A DNA stretch of 64,000 bases from Octopus bimaculoides (taxonomy: Eukaryota): the NCBI RefSeq assembly GCF_001194135.2, contig NC_068989.1, forward strand, positions 26,371,455 to 26,435,454, in the 5' to 3' direction. The position numbers were made by a program, and so were the translations under genes. Positions within the stretch are counted from its first letter, which is position 1, and the number at the start of each line of letters is the position of its first letter. The notes under the pieces were generated by a model. That model made no database searches. It was given only the letters and a program-made list of their open reading frames with translations, and had not been told where the DNA came from. Below are positions 1 through 11,011 of the stretch, piece after piece.

Positions 1-2660
1 AGCAGAGGCAGGTGGTGGAGAAGTGTCGGGAGCAGGAGGTAAATGAGGTGACAGGGAGGGATGAGGTGGTCACTGAGCTTGGGGTGAGGGAGGGTGGTGG
101 GTCTCCACCAAGAGAGAAGAAAGGAGTGGCAGAAGAGGAAAAAGGAGAAGGTGAAGCTGCTAAGTATCTGGTGCAGGAGCCGGAGCCTTCTGCGGGCGGG
201 AGTGGGGGGCGGAGGGAGCGAGAGGATAAGATGGAAGCACCAATAGTGGGGGCAAAGATGGTGAAGGGAGAGGGTCACCGAAAGAAGGTGGTAAACTTAG
301 CAGATTTAGAAATGTTCTGGGATTTGAATCATGATACATATTGAACTGTTGAAACAGGAAAATGGAACTTTCTACTTTGGGGGTAGAAAGCCATTTCATC
401 ATCTTATATTTTTCATAATTCATAATTCATTCGTATCATTTTATGTACCCCACGTGTGTCCTTCTGTTGTCCCCTCTTTAAATATGGCTTTATGCCGATA
501 ATAAAGAAAAAGGTAGCAGTTCATTGTAAGCTTTGATATAGAACGTTGAGGCTTGTGTAGTGGCAATAGTAGTGCGACATGTATATACTTGTGTTACCTC
601 CCCACACATCATTTTTGTTATGTTATAAATCCAACTCAAGGATGTAAATGTGGGTATGAGTTGTTCGAAGCTTCTGCTGGACGTTAAAATCTTTTTTTTG
701 GGGGGAGGGGGGTTCTAAACGAAAGAAAACATCATTTAACATGGAAGTCTTATTGGCCTTCGTGGTGTAGCTGCAACAGTAACAATAGCTGTAATAGCAG
801 CAACTACGGTAGCAGCAACTACAGCATTAGCAACAACAAAACAAACAGTTGTTGGAATTAACGTTGAAGAAGTCTGAAAATACTTCAGGTTCGTATACGC
901 CAAACAGTGTAGCTAACTTAATCGGAGAATTCAAATACAATCCAGAAGAAGGTATTACCGTCTGTACATATTTTCGTAGATACAAAGAAATATTCAAAGA
1001 AGAGTGTAAAAGTTGGTCCGGCGAGTAAAAGTACGCTTACTTTTATGAAAGTTATCCCCTGCTGAACACGAAAAATATAGTAATTATATTCTTCGGAAGA
1101 CAGGTGAGATTTGTTTCGACAAAACAATATTTTATCGAAAAGTTTCAGTGAAAGAAGTTCCCTTTTCAATACTCGCTCGCAATGTTTAAATTTGGTCAAA
1201 ATGTTTGATGAAGAATTCGTCAGCTATACGCGAGTGGTTAACAGAGTGTGTGAGAAACTGAATGAGTTGACCGCGGATGTGTTCAAGTCGTTAAATTTTT
1301 TCAAAGGGCTTACTGCAAACAAAGATGAAGACATACATTCCAGGATATTGACAAAATTAGAACAGAATCAAAATTTAACTCTGCAAGCAGTAGCAGAAGA
1401 ATGGCAGAGGATTATTACTCTACGACATAACGCAAATACAGTTGAAAAGAAAGATTTTTTCGCAGATTCAAGTATGTGGATCGGTAACGAATAAGAAAAA
1501 AGAAAGAAAATGTTAAGACCAAATCTATGTTATTGGTGCGGTGGTCTACATCTTAAAAATAACTGTCTGATTAAAAGTATAAAATGCTACAAGTGTGGTA
1601 AAATAGACCATAAATAGTCGCACTGTAGGATAGACCCTAAAAAACATTTCAACAGAAAAATTCGACTAAAAGGATTACTGGTGACGAAAAAGACAAACGA
1701 ACCCCAAAGAAAATTTGTGTATGTAAAACTTAATAACACAAACGTAATGTTACAATTGGATACAGGCAGCGATGTTTAAATAATTAACACAGATAGATGG
1801 AAAAAACTCGGGTGACCTAAATTAAAACGAAAGCTCGAAAATTGCCCGTGGTGTTTCAGGAAACGATTACATTTTAAGGGCGAATTCATAAGTAACATTA
1901 CAATTCGTTAAAAAAAAGAACCTCCTAGGCTAAATTGTTTGAGTTAAATAATAAAACAAAATTCTTTGCTACACATTGGAATTGTTTCCTTTCTGGAACC
2001 TCCTCATAAATCTTTTTTGTAAAAATGTGATTTTTTTTTCTCCAGTATAAAAAAGTCATCAGGCGAATTTTTTAAAAGTTAAATATTTTCGTGAAGATCT
2101 ATCTGTTAAATTAAGTCTTGTAGAAAAAGGAAGACACCATACAGGTATTTAAACAAGAACATACTGTTCGCAGTGTTAGAACAGATACAGTTAGAGGAAC
2201 TAGAAAATATTGGAGCTATCTAAAAAGTGGAATATTGTAAATGGGCAGCACCAAATGTGTACATAAGAAAAAGGAATAATAAAATTAGAGTGTGTGCTTA
2301 TTTTTCCACTGATTTAACCGAATGTCTTAAAACGTGCTGCTATCAACTACTTACTGGGGGAAATAATTTTGCGAAATTAAAGTTGGAAAGATATTTTCCA
2401 AATTGGATCTCTCTGACACGTACCTACAAATTACAGTAGATGATGTGTGTTCTAAATACATAACAGTTAACACACATAAAGGACTGTATAAATACAACAA
2501 GTTACCATTTGGCTTAAAAGTCGCACTAGCGATTTTTCAACAAATTATGGATGCAATGTTAGCGGACTGTGAATTTGCATTTCCATATCTGGATGATATA
2601 GGGATTACTGTTTTACTTTGAGTGAAGAAAAGTATGAATTTTTCGGACCGAGAATAAGAT

Positions 2661-2818
2661 TGTTCTATATTTAAGAGATGAGGAATTATGTACATTATTT
2701 ACAATTGACGGATATTTGTCCTCGTCTTGTTTGTTGTTAACACACAATTTCCAGCCTTCATCAGGTGTCTTGGGGGAATTTCGAACCTGGGTTCTCATTC
2801 CTAATCTAGTTTTCGATC

Positions 2819-2860
<42 letters not shown>

Positions 2861-3007
2861 CCACTGCCTGGAATCGAACTCGGAATCTTGGAGTTAGTAG
2901 CCGCGCTCTTAACCACTACGCATTATGCCCACGGACACATGCCGTAGTGGTTAAGAGCGCGGGCTACTAACCATAAGATTCTGAGTTCGGTTCCAGGCAG
3001 TGGCCTA

Positions 3008-3038
<31 letters not shown>

Positions 3039-3185
3039 TCGAAAAGTACATTAGAAATGAGAACCCAGGTTCGAAATTTCCCTAAGACGACTGATGAATG
3101 CTAGAGGGTATATCAGCTGAAACGTTGTGTTAATAACAAACAAGATGAGGACAAATATCCGTCAATTTTAAATAATATAATTAAT
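2661..3185. mobile_element. Fold-back element copy A: two head-to-head arms of tRNA-like head + (TAA)n + hammerhead motif; 11-bp TSD
   Basis: 2700-2930 is the reverse complement of 2932-3165. Flanks are GAGAATAAGAT (2650-2660) and GAAAATAAGAT (3186-3196). Removing the insert restores the Gypsy RT frame (GPRIRYLRQIIDRNGRRPHP). Confidence 0.88.
3086..3131 (+). ncRNA. Minimal type I hammerhead ribozyme motif (degenerate), right arm of copy A
   Basis: CTGATGA 3091-3097; partly mismatched stem II; GAAA 3119-3122; CGTT; then GTGTT, which pairs with GACAC in the family consensus (GACGA in this copy). Confidence 0.65.
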
Positions 3186-4979
3186 GAAAATAAGATATTT
3201 AAGACAAATCATTGACAGAAATGGACGTCGACCACACCCGTCGAGGGCAGGTGCAACTAAATATATGCACCCTTCGACTAATAAAGCGACTTTACGAGTA
3301 TTTTTAGGATTGACAAATTTTTACCAAAATTATATTCCAAATAAACATTAAAATAATCTGCTGAAAAAAGATATGAAATAGAATTGGTGGGGAAATTGAC
3401 AAGAGGCGTTTGGTGAAATAAAAGAAAATACTTATATCTGATTTGTCGTTGGAACACTTCGATCCTCTAGCGAAGATTGTTGTAGCTTCAAACGCTTCTG
3501 AATATGGTATAGTAGCAGTAATGCTACATAAACGTAAATATGGTAATATGAAGGCGATGTTTCATGTCTCACGTTCGCTAATATCAGCAGAGAAAAATTA
3601 TAGTCAAATCGAAAAGAAGCTCAGTGATCTTTTTCGCCCTGACAAATTTCCCAGATTTTTGCGAGGTAGAAGTTTTCGTCTACAGACTGATCACCGTCCG
3701 TTATTATCGACATTTGGGTATAGAAAAAAAAAAGAATTCCTACCTATGCTGCTAATAGATTAAAACGCTAGTGCACGATATTATTGAACTTTAATTTCAA
3801 GATAGAGTATATTCCATGTAAGAAACTAAGTTCTGCGGATTGTCTATCAAGACTGATTTAAAAAAAATGCGGAATCATTTGAAGATACCATGATTGTCGA
3901 TTTGCAAGCGGGAATGATATTTAAAATGTTTTGTGTAACTTAATTCGTGAACTGTCAGTTACTTTACAAGACATAAAATTCAAATCGGAAAAAGATGATT
4001 TTATTATAAAAATGATAGAAATAGTGAAGACTAAAAAAGATAAAGATATGCGCAACGCAAATGCGAACCATTTCTCACTGGGTGACAGTGTGTTTATGTA
4101 TGCATAAAGAGTCGTAGTGCCAGCCACACTACAAAGGCGTTTACTACAGGAATGTGTTATGAGCTACCCAGGAACTTCGAGAATGAAATCATTAATGAGA
4201 AGTTACGCATATTGTTAAAAGATGGACCGTAACATTAAAGAATCTGTGAAATCATGCAGAAGATTGCCTTAGCTGCAAAATCACCTACCGTGGCCAAAAA
4301 CAGGTATTCCATGGGTCAGACTGCATATCAGTTACGCAGTTCCACTTAAGGGTTAATATTACCTTGTTGCGGTGGACAGTTTTTCAAAGTGGACCGAAGT
4401 GCATAAAGGTAAAAAGCCGACATCTGCAGTTACTATAAGTTATTTACACGAATTCTTTGCTAGGCATAATATTCCGGATATCATTGTGTTGGATAGTGGA
4501 ACTAAATTTACGTCAGACGAATTCAGAAAATTTTGCAAAATGCTCGTTCTCGAACATGTGACCCCACCGCCTTATCAGAGTGTTGTCGAATGTACAAGTG
4601 GAGCGTTTTGTTGACACTTTCAAGGGGGCGTCGAAAAAGGTGAACAATGAAGTGATAGACGATTGTTGCACTCCAACAATTTCTGAGAGTGTACCGAGTA
4701 AAGCCTACCCGAATACACCGTTGGGAATGTCACCTGCAAAATTGTTGTTTGCTAGAAAGATCAGATCTGTCTTTGACAAGCTGATACAGAGTGAACATTT
4801 AAAAAAACCGAAAAGTAAAAATACTTGGAAATTCTTCAAGTTAGATGACAAAGTTGTTTGTAAAACCTGTAGATATGATAAAGAAAGCTGGGAGGACGGT
4901 GTAATAATTAAACAAATTGGTAGAACGATATTCCTGGTTAATGGGAAAAAAATGTTGAATACAAAAGATTATATAGGGT

Positions 4980-5620
4980 TAGCAAAAAATGCAGCAATGA
5001 CCCCAAAAAGTTGTCCGCAAATACCTTACGCACCCTGTACTTTTGCTGTACGTTTAAGGAAAATGCATATAAATACGCTTGCGCTGATGTGAATCTTGTC
5101 TCGGTTAGAAATCTCTGAAAGTTTGGTGGTTGTCTTCGGCTGTTGATGCTCTGTTGTTCCTAAAGTATTTGTCAGAGACATAGGGACTGGTATAGAATTG
5201 GTAGGAGGCTTTTGGCTGATTGTAGAATGTTGTAGTTCATGGGATTGTGGGTGATAGCAAAGGGAATATTTTTATATGTATTTTCTTGTTTATACTCAGT
5301 GTGAGTTCTTTTTCGCAAGGTGGAGATTGGGATATCCTCAGCTTTAGTTATAGCTTGATGTATTAATTTCGAGAGGTATTTTGTTTCTTAAGGAACAAGT
5401 TAAGTTCTGCAGGTCGTCTTTCTCGTCTATTTGTATCCGAAACATCTTGCAATATGATTCTTTTTGTAATGCAAGAGCTAAAGTCTAAATGATGATATGT
5501 GTGTCTGTGTTTTTATAATAGAGATAAGTTGTAATAATTTCGTTTTCTTTGATTATCAAAATATCTAGGAAAGGGAGATGCCTTTCATTTATTTGCATAG
5601 CGAATTGGATTGAGGTTCTC
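4980..5620 (-). mobile_element. Penelope-like element RT C-terminus/linker fragment
   Basis: Minus-strand LPFLDILIIKENEIITTYLYYKNTDTH (ORF 5485-5736) matches the PLE RT motif LPFLD...T..Y.K.T; further down is a linker-like KQPPNFQRFLTETRF. Confidence 0.75.
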
Positions 5621-5624
5621 CTTC

Positions 5625-5835
5625 CTTTTGTTCCAGAATACAAAACGGTTATCGTACATGGACACCAAATAAAACCTTCGCTTCGATGCATACTATGCAA
5701 CGACATCTTAGACACTTGTGCACACGAAAAATTCACAACATTCCCCTTTTATAAAATAAATGAAGAAAACGATCTACCTCGAAAGACAAAAGAAAAATAT
5801 ATTGTAAGATTTCTGAATCTGAAACTAAACCGGAA
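5625..5835 (+). mobile_element. Penelope-like GIY-YIG endonuclease C-terminal fragment, inverted relative to the adjacent RT piece
   Basis: VHGHQIKPSLRCILCNDILDTCAHEKFTTFPFYKINEENDLPRKTKEKYIVRFLNLKLN resembles the EN C-termini at 23330-23544 and ~41000-41200. Confidence 0.65.
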
Positions 5836-6326
5836 ATACTCAACAAATTTACCCAAAACAACTCTCGCTATATACAATAGTCATAACACCTGCATGATGA
5901 CATTGAGAAATGAAGCGTTTCTTAAAGCCTACACACAATTTGTTAAATTCTTTCCTCACGCTTAGTACCATTGTACTCTCAAGCTAGCTAGGTTCAAATA
6001 TAACCGGATTTCCGGTAATTCCGGAATTCTGCATGCCGAATAGTAGGTTCTCTACCTGTATATGCAAAAATATCTGAACTTCGCAACAAGTTATGTACTT
6101 GCTCAAAATTCCTTCCTCTTGAATGCCTACTTAAACCACATATACATATGCATATATGCAGCCATAAACCACGCCCACGCACACACACAGACACACACAC
6201 ACACAAACAGACACACACACACACATATATATATATATATGCTTGTGTGTGTGTGTGTGTGTGTGTGGGTGTGGGTGTGTGTGTGTGCGCGTGCGCGTGT
6301 GTGTATATATGTGTGTATGTATATAT

Positions 6327-7012
6327 ACAACTCCGCACTTATGTTCTTAAAACGGCATGGGGGTGACTGATTTGGTGGTGTATTGTCTTCTATTTCTAGC
6401 AATCCGTAAACTATTCCACTTTATCGCTTTATAAAGATAGGGCATATCTACACTAAAGTGTCCCACTGAGTTTCCTTCCTCATAAATTCAGGGAAGTTGG
6501 CCATATTTTTAATGAAATTTTCTACAAATATGCTGCTGCTGGTACGTATATTTCAACTCTGTCGGAATTTGCTGCGGAAAGCTTTTTTCGCTGCCATCAA
6601 ATCCGGATCAATTGAATTTTCCGAAACCTCTCTCCTGACTTGCGGAAAATATTTTTCGCATCAAACTATAATATAATCGGTATCTAAACTATTGGAAACA
6701 TTGTGTATAAGATTTCATTTAAAAAAATCAATTATTCTGAAAATTAAAGAACACATTCTGTGCAGAACAGTTGTGTAGTCGCGGCCGTAAATGAGCATTT
6801 ATGAATACACAAGTGCATGAAGACTGACATTTTTACAAATACATTCTAACATATAATCATAACACTCACGTAGATTTATATATAGCTACATATTCATTCA
6901 TTTATTTTTAAACATATAACTCATGGATGTACATACATCAATGCGCATACATACATACATACATACACACGCACACACACACTCAAACATTTATATATAT
7001 ATATATATGTGT

Positions 7013-7052
<40 letters not shown>

Positions 7053-7062
7053 NNNNNNNNNN

Positions 7063-7133
<71 letters not shown>

Positions 7134-7824
7134 ATTACTAACACCAATACAGCTAACATCACAACTACACAGACAACTGCACTACAGCTACAACGCATTC
7201 CATCACTAAAACTAGATATATTCCTATTTCAGAAAATGGGGATAGAGGGGCCCTTGCATTTACGGATAAGTACATCTCCATCAACACTGGGTGTCACGAA
7301 GAAATGCTTCTATTCAGACGTTTCTTGTCTTTCCATGCTTTGGATTCATTGAACAGCCGATAGCAGTGTATCTTTTGACAATGAGCTTATCTACTGATAA
7401 CATCTAAAACATATCTGTCCACATAAATTGGTGACAATAATCCCAAAGACAGAATCTTAATATCTATCAGACCAAAAGATCTACACACCACAACTGCAAT
7501 TTCTAATGTTACATCAAGTTCCCTAATCTCAGCTTCCGCCACGATATATTTCGCAGTAACTATAAATTCATCATATTCGCAAAACACTTCCACATTGATC
7601 TACTTTTGGAAAATCCTTTCTCTTACATGTATTTCGGTCATAAGTAATGGTATGTTTGATTGTTGAAATGAGATCTGGTTATATATTGTAAATAAATATT
7701 AAAGATTATGTTAAGCTATACAGGAGTACCTCTTGGCAATTTGTATTGTAAGATAGGCATTATGACACATGCCAATATGTGCCTTAGGAATACATCTGTG
7801 TACCGTACAGACAGAGTCCCACTA

Positions 7825-7872
<48 letters not shown>

Positions 7873-9565
7873 GTGTGTGTGATAATAGGTTTATCACATC
7901 CTTTTGATAAGGTATATTTGTATAAAGGTTCGTTAAATTTTAAAAATCTGTCCATACTGTTCCACTATTCAGCATTGTGTGAACGTTAAATAGATTGGAT
8001 TGAGTTTATATTTAACTAGCATGTATAAGATAGAAAGAAAAGATTAAAGGTAAACAGAGAAAAAAGTAAAAATAAAATAAAAGTAATAGAAGTAAAAGCA
8101 AGAGTAAGAAAAATAAAAGTAAGAAAGATAACGTTAGATGCACATATAAATAAGATTGAGGAAAATTGGAATAAAGTAACAAAAGAAATAAAAAACATAA
8201 AGTAGAATAAGTGATTAAGAGATAAATTACTATAGAGCCGAGAACAGTATGTTGGTTTGGAGGAGATGGTAGGGGTCATAAATAATTTCTTAGCTTGACC
8301 ACTCGTTGAATTAGAGATTAAGATTGTAATTTGATATCAGTGTGATGAATGGTCAGTTTCCGAAAGCACACCACTAAAAATTACTAGCTTTATAAACTTA
8401 TCTATTACATGCGTGCATACACTTACGTAGAAGTCATAGTATATGTATATGCGTGTGTACACACGTACTCATACAGTTACATAGGCTAACATGCTCGACC
8501 GTATGCAAGTACGTCTCGTTACGCACATCTCTAAATACATGAATATACACATGCATCTCCACACATCTCTACAGTTACTCCCTAGTAACCATATACATAT
8601 ATTCACATATTCACATTTCCTTAAACACACGTACAGATATAGATATATCACAATATATAGTATCCCCATACGTGCACGCACGTACATCCATGTATACACA
8701 CATACAATACACCTTACAAGTGTATATCTTGTTCTTGAGTACGTAACAGTTATATTTAATATACTATTCACAATAGATTGAGTAAAATATATTAAAATTC
8801 TTCTTTACATATTTTTTGCATATATCTAAAAATTATTTTAAAAGTTTTTTAAATCTTTCTATGACAAATCCAGTAGACCTGGTATTAAGTAACAAGAAGT
8901 TGAAATTAGGGATGATCAATAAAGAAATGATTTGAGAAGAAAAGAAATAAATATAAGTGATAAAAGGGAGCAGCAAATTAACACTAACTGAAATAATTGA
9001 TATAGTGGTATAAGGGTCTATAGGAATAGAGTTTTATAAGAATCATTTTTAAAAAAATTAAGTTTTACAAGTATCATTTAAAAAAAAATAATAAGAGCAC
9101 TAGAAGTAGTAAAACTACTGCCATAATAAATCGGTGATATCAGAAAGATATAAAATATCAAAAATATCAAAACCCATCAAATATATTTGGAAATACATAA
9201 AAAATACATGACAAGGTACATAAAGAGATAAATAATAATAGGTTACAAAGAGATAAAAAGTAAAGTGAAAATGTAAAAAATAATATAAAATGAAATGAAA
9301 ATTAAGATGGAAGTTAAAAATTATGTATGAAAAAAAATTAAAATAATATTAATAATATAGTGATCGGAAAAATATAGTGAATGGAGAAATTTCAAGTCTA
9401 TCTACTTGTGTAAAATATATGTCATTGGGCAACTTCTACTATACTCCTATTTTAATTGTTTAGGAAGTGTTATATGTAGTTAAACGAATTTAGGTTCCTA
9501 TCCACTAATGATTACTAGTATAATATTGTTATAAATATTATTGAAGATATTAGTGCTAGCTAATA
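6327..9565 (+). repeat. Left arm of a ~3.2 kb inverted duplication
   Basis: Collinear reverse-complement match to 11012-14286. The same antisense ORF appears at 7387-7593 (-) and 13171-13377 (+); ORFs 8469-8771 (-) and 11762-12064 (+) are also near-identical. Confidence 0.93.
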
Positions 9566-9629
9566 ACAATAATAATCCCTCTAATAACAATAACAATAAT
9601 AACATCACTCTAACCCCAATAATCCATGA

Positions 9630-10733
9630 ACTAATAATGGTAGTATCCAAATTCATAACAATAAGCAAGTTATTATTCCTGCACCTATGATCTCTAACCA
9701 CCTGGTTAACAACGTAAATGTAACTGGTGGCAGTTCCTTAAATATTAATGTTAGTATTGACGGCAACAGTGTCTATATTAATAATAGTAACAATAACTAT
9801 AATAGTAATAACAGAAACAGTAATTACTATAGTAATAACATTGTTGATAATGGTAGTACTAGTAGTAATTTTAATGATAGCAACAGTGTTAGGCCCAGTA
9901 ATCCTATCCCAATATCGGATCACAGTATACTAGATGAATCACTAAACCCAGACCCAGCACAGATTAGTGGCACACCCTATTGTACTGCTGCGTTAAATGA
10001 CGCTACTGCCACTACTAATAGAATAACTCGTGCCACCTCAGACAGTCATTACGACAATGATTATACTAGTCACAATACCAATATAATTAATAATAATGTT
10101 GATATAGCTAATAGGTCTAGCATCAGTAATAACGGCAGAAAGAATAGAGGTAGTGAAACTTTGAACACCAATAGAGGTAATAACAACAATAGTTACGATA
10201 GTGTAGGCGTAGACTTTAACTAACCTGCAAGTAACCAAGATAACAATTCTATCAACATTTACCCTCCACGTGCAAGTATCAAGCGGCCTGACAATTATAA
10301 ATTTGCGTGCAATTGTGTAATGCCAACAACATGTCCTTTACTTGGAAACTGCCTAGCAAAAAACATAGTCTACTCTTGTGAAATAATTACGGAATCGAAT
10401 ACTCTCACCTACCTTGGTTGTTCATTCACCTGGAAATCTAGGTTCTATAACCATAGGTCATCATTTAGACTCAAACATAAGGTTAATAGCACTTCTTTAT
10501 CACGTAGGATATTGGAACTTAAAGACGAAAATATTAACTTTAACCTTATATGGTCCATAGTTGGATCGGCAGCGATTTATAAAAATAATAGAACTGGTGG
10601 CCAGTTATGTTCCTTAGAACTCTTCAAAATCATTAGATTCCCTGATAAGGACAATCTAGTTAATAAAAGATCGGAATTCAAACAAACTTGTATGTATAAA
10701 TTGTCTAAAACCTTTAAATACTATAAGCCTTAA
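9630..10733 (+). mobile_element. Penelope-like element: Asn-rich low-complexity segment followed in frame (one TAA) by a GIY-YIG endonuclease
   Basis: CNCVMPTTCPLLGNCLAKNIVYSCEI...YLGCSFTWKSRFYNHRSSF...WSIV...LCSLE...NKRSE (10308-10733) is a typical PLE endonuclease. ORFs 9687-10223 and 10320-10733 share a frame. Confidence 0.88.
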
Positions 10734-11011
10734 GTCTCCACTATCAATTTTAATCCCTTCATGATCTTCTCTCATTGGAAATTCCCTCACCTGCTCCATC
10801 CTGCCACTGTTCGGGCATTGAATTAACAACTCCTGGGCTTACCCCAACTACATACTTATTCGGTTCACTTTCGCCTAGCTAGATTCTGACCCCATATAGT
10901 ACGCATATATTAAACAATCCGAGGACTCTAGACTTATTTATAGAGAACATATCTAAATAATTTAGTCATTGACTCTAAAATTTCAAATTATACTACCATA
11001 CACGTAGGTCC

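Larger units (their letters stand above)
741..4960 (+). mobile_element. Decayed Ty3/Gypsy LTR retrotransposon gag-pol (Mag/K02A2.6-like), with frameshifts and stops; interrupted by the fold-back element at 2661-3185
   Basis: Domains in Gypsy order: gag (IGEFKYNPEEGITVCTYFRRY, ~920); two zinc knuckles (CYWCGGLHLKNNC, CYKCGKIDHK, ~1527-1625); protease LQLDTGSD (~1750); RT (WAAPNVYIRK, LPFGLKVALAIFQQIMD, PYLDDI, 2227-2600); RNase H (ASNASEYGIVAV, FRLQTDHRPL, 3443-3763); integrase (DSFSKWTEV, DIIVLDSGTKFTS, VERFVDTFK, 4372-4650). No LTRs identified. Confidence 0.92.

Noticed and set aside
1-430. Purine-rich ORF 12-344 and its antisense ORF
   Set aside because: Compositional bias with no domain; probably the pyrimidine-rich trailer of a minus-strand retroelement cut by the window edge.
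540-760. Possible 5' LTR/PBS of the Gypsy element
   Set aside because: No matching 3' LTR found; the 3' end is overwritten by a PLE insertion.
2932-3005. Possible tRNA gene (anticodon loop CT-ACT-AA)
   Set aside because: Acceptor and T stems pair poorly, and the sequence is part of a repeated, TSD-flanked element. It is a SINE-type head, not a tRNA gene.
5890-5925. Hammerhead-like ATGATGA CATT GAGA AATG AAGCG after the PLE endonuclease
   Set aside because: Position is suggestive, but the first core C, GAAA and stem I are not intact.
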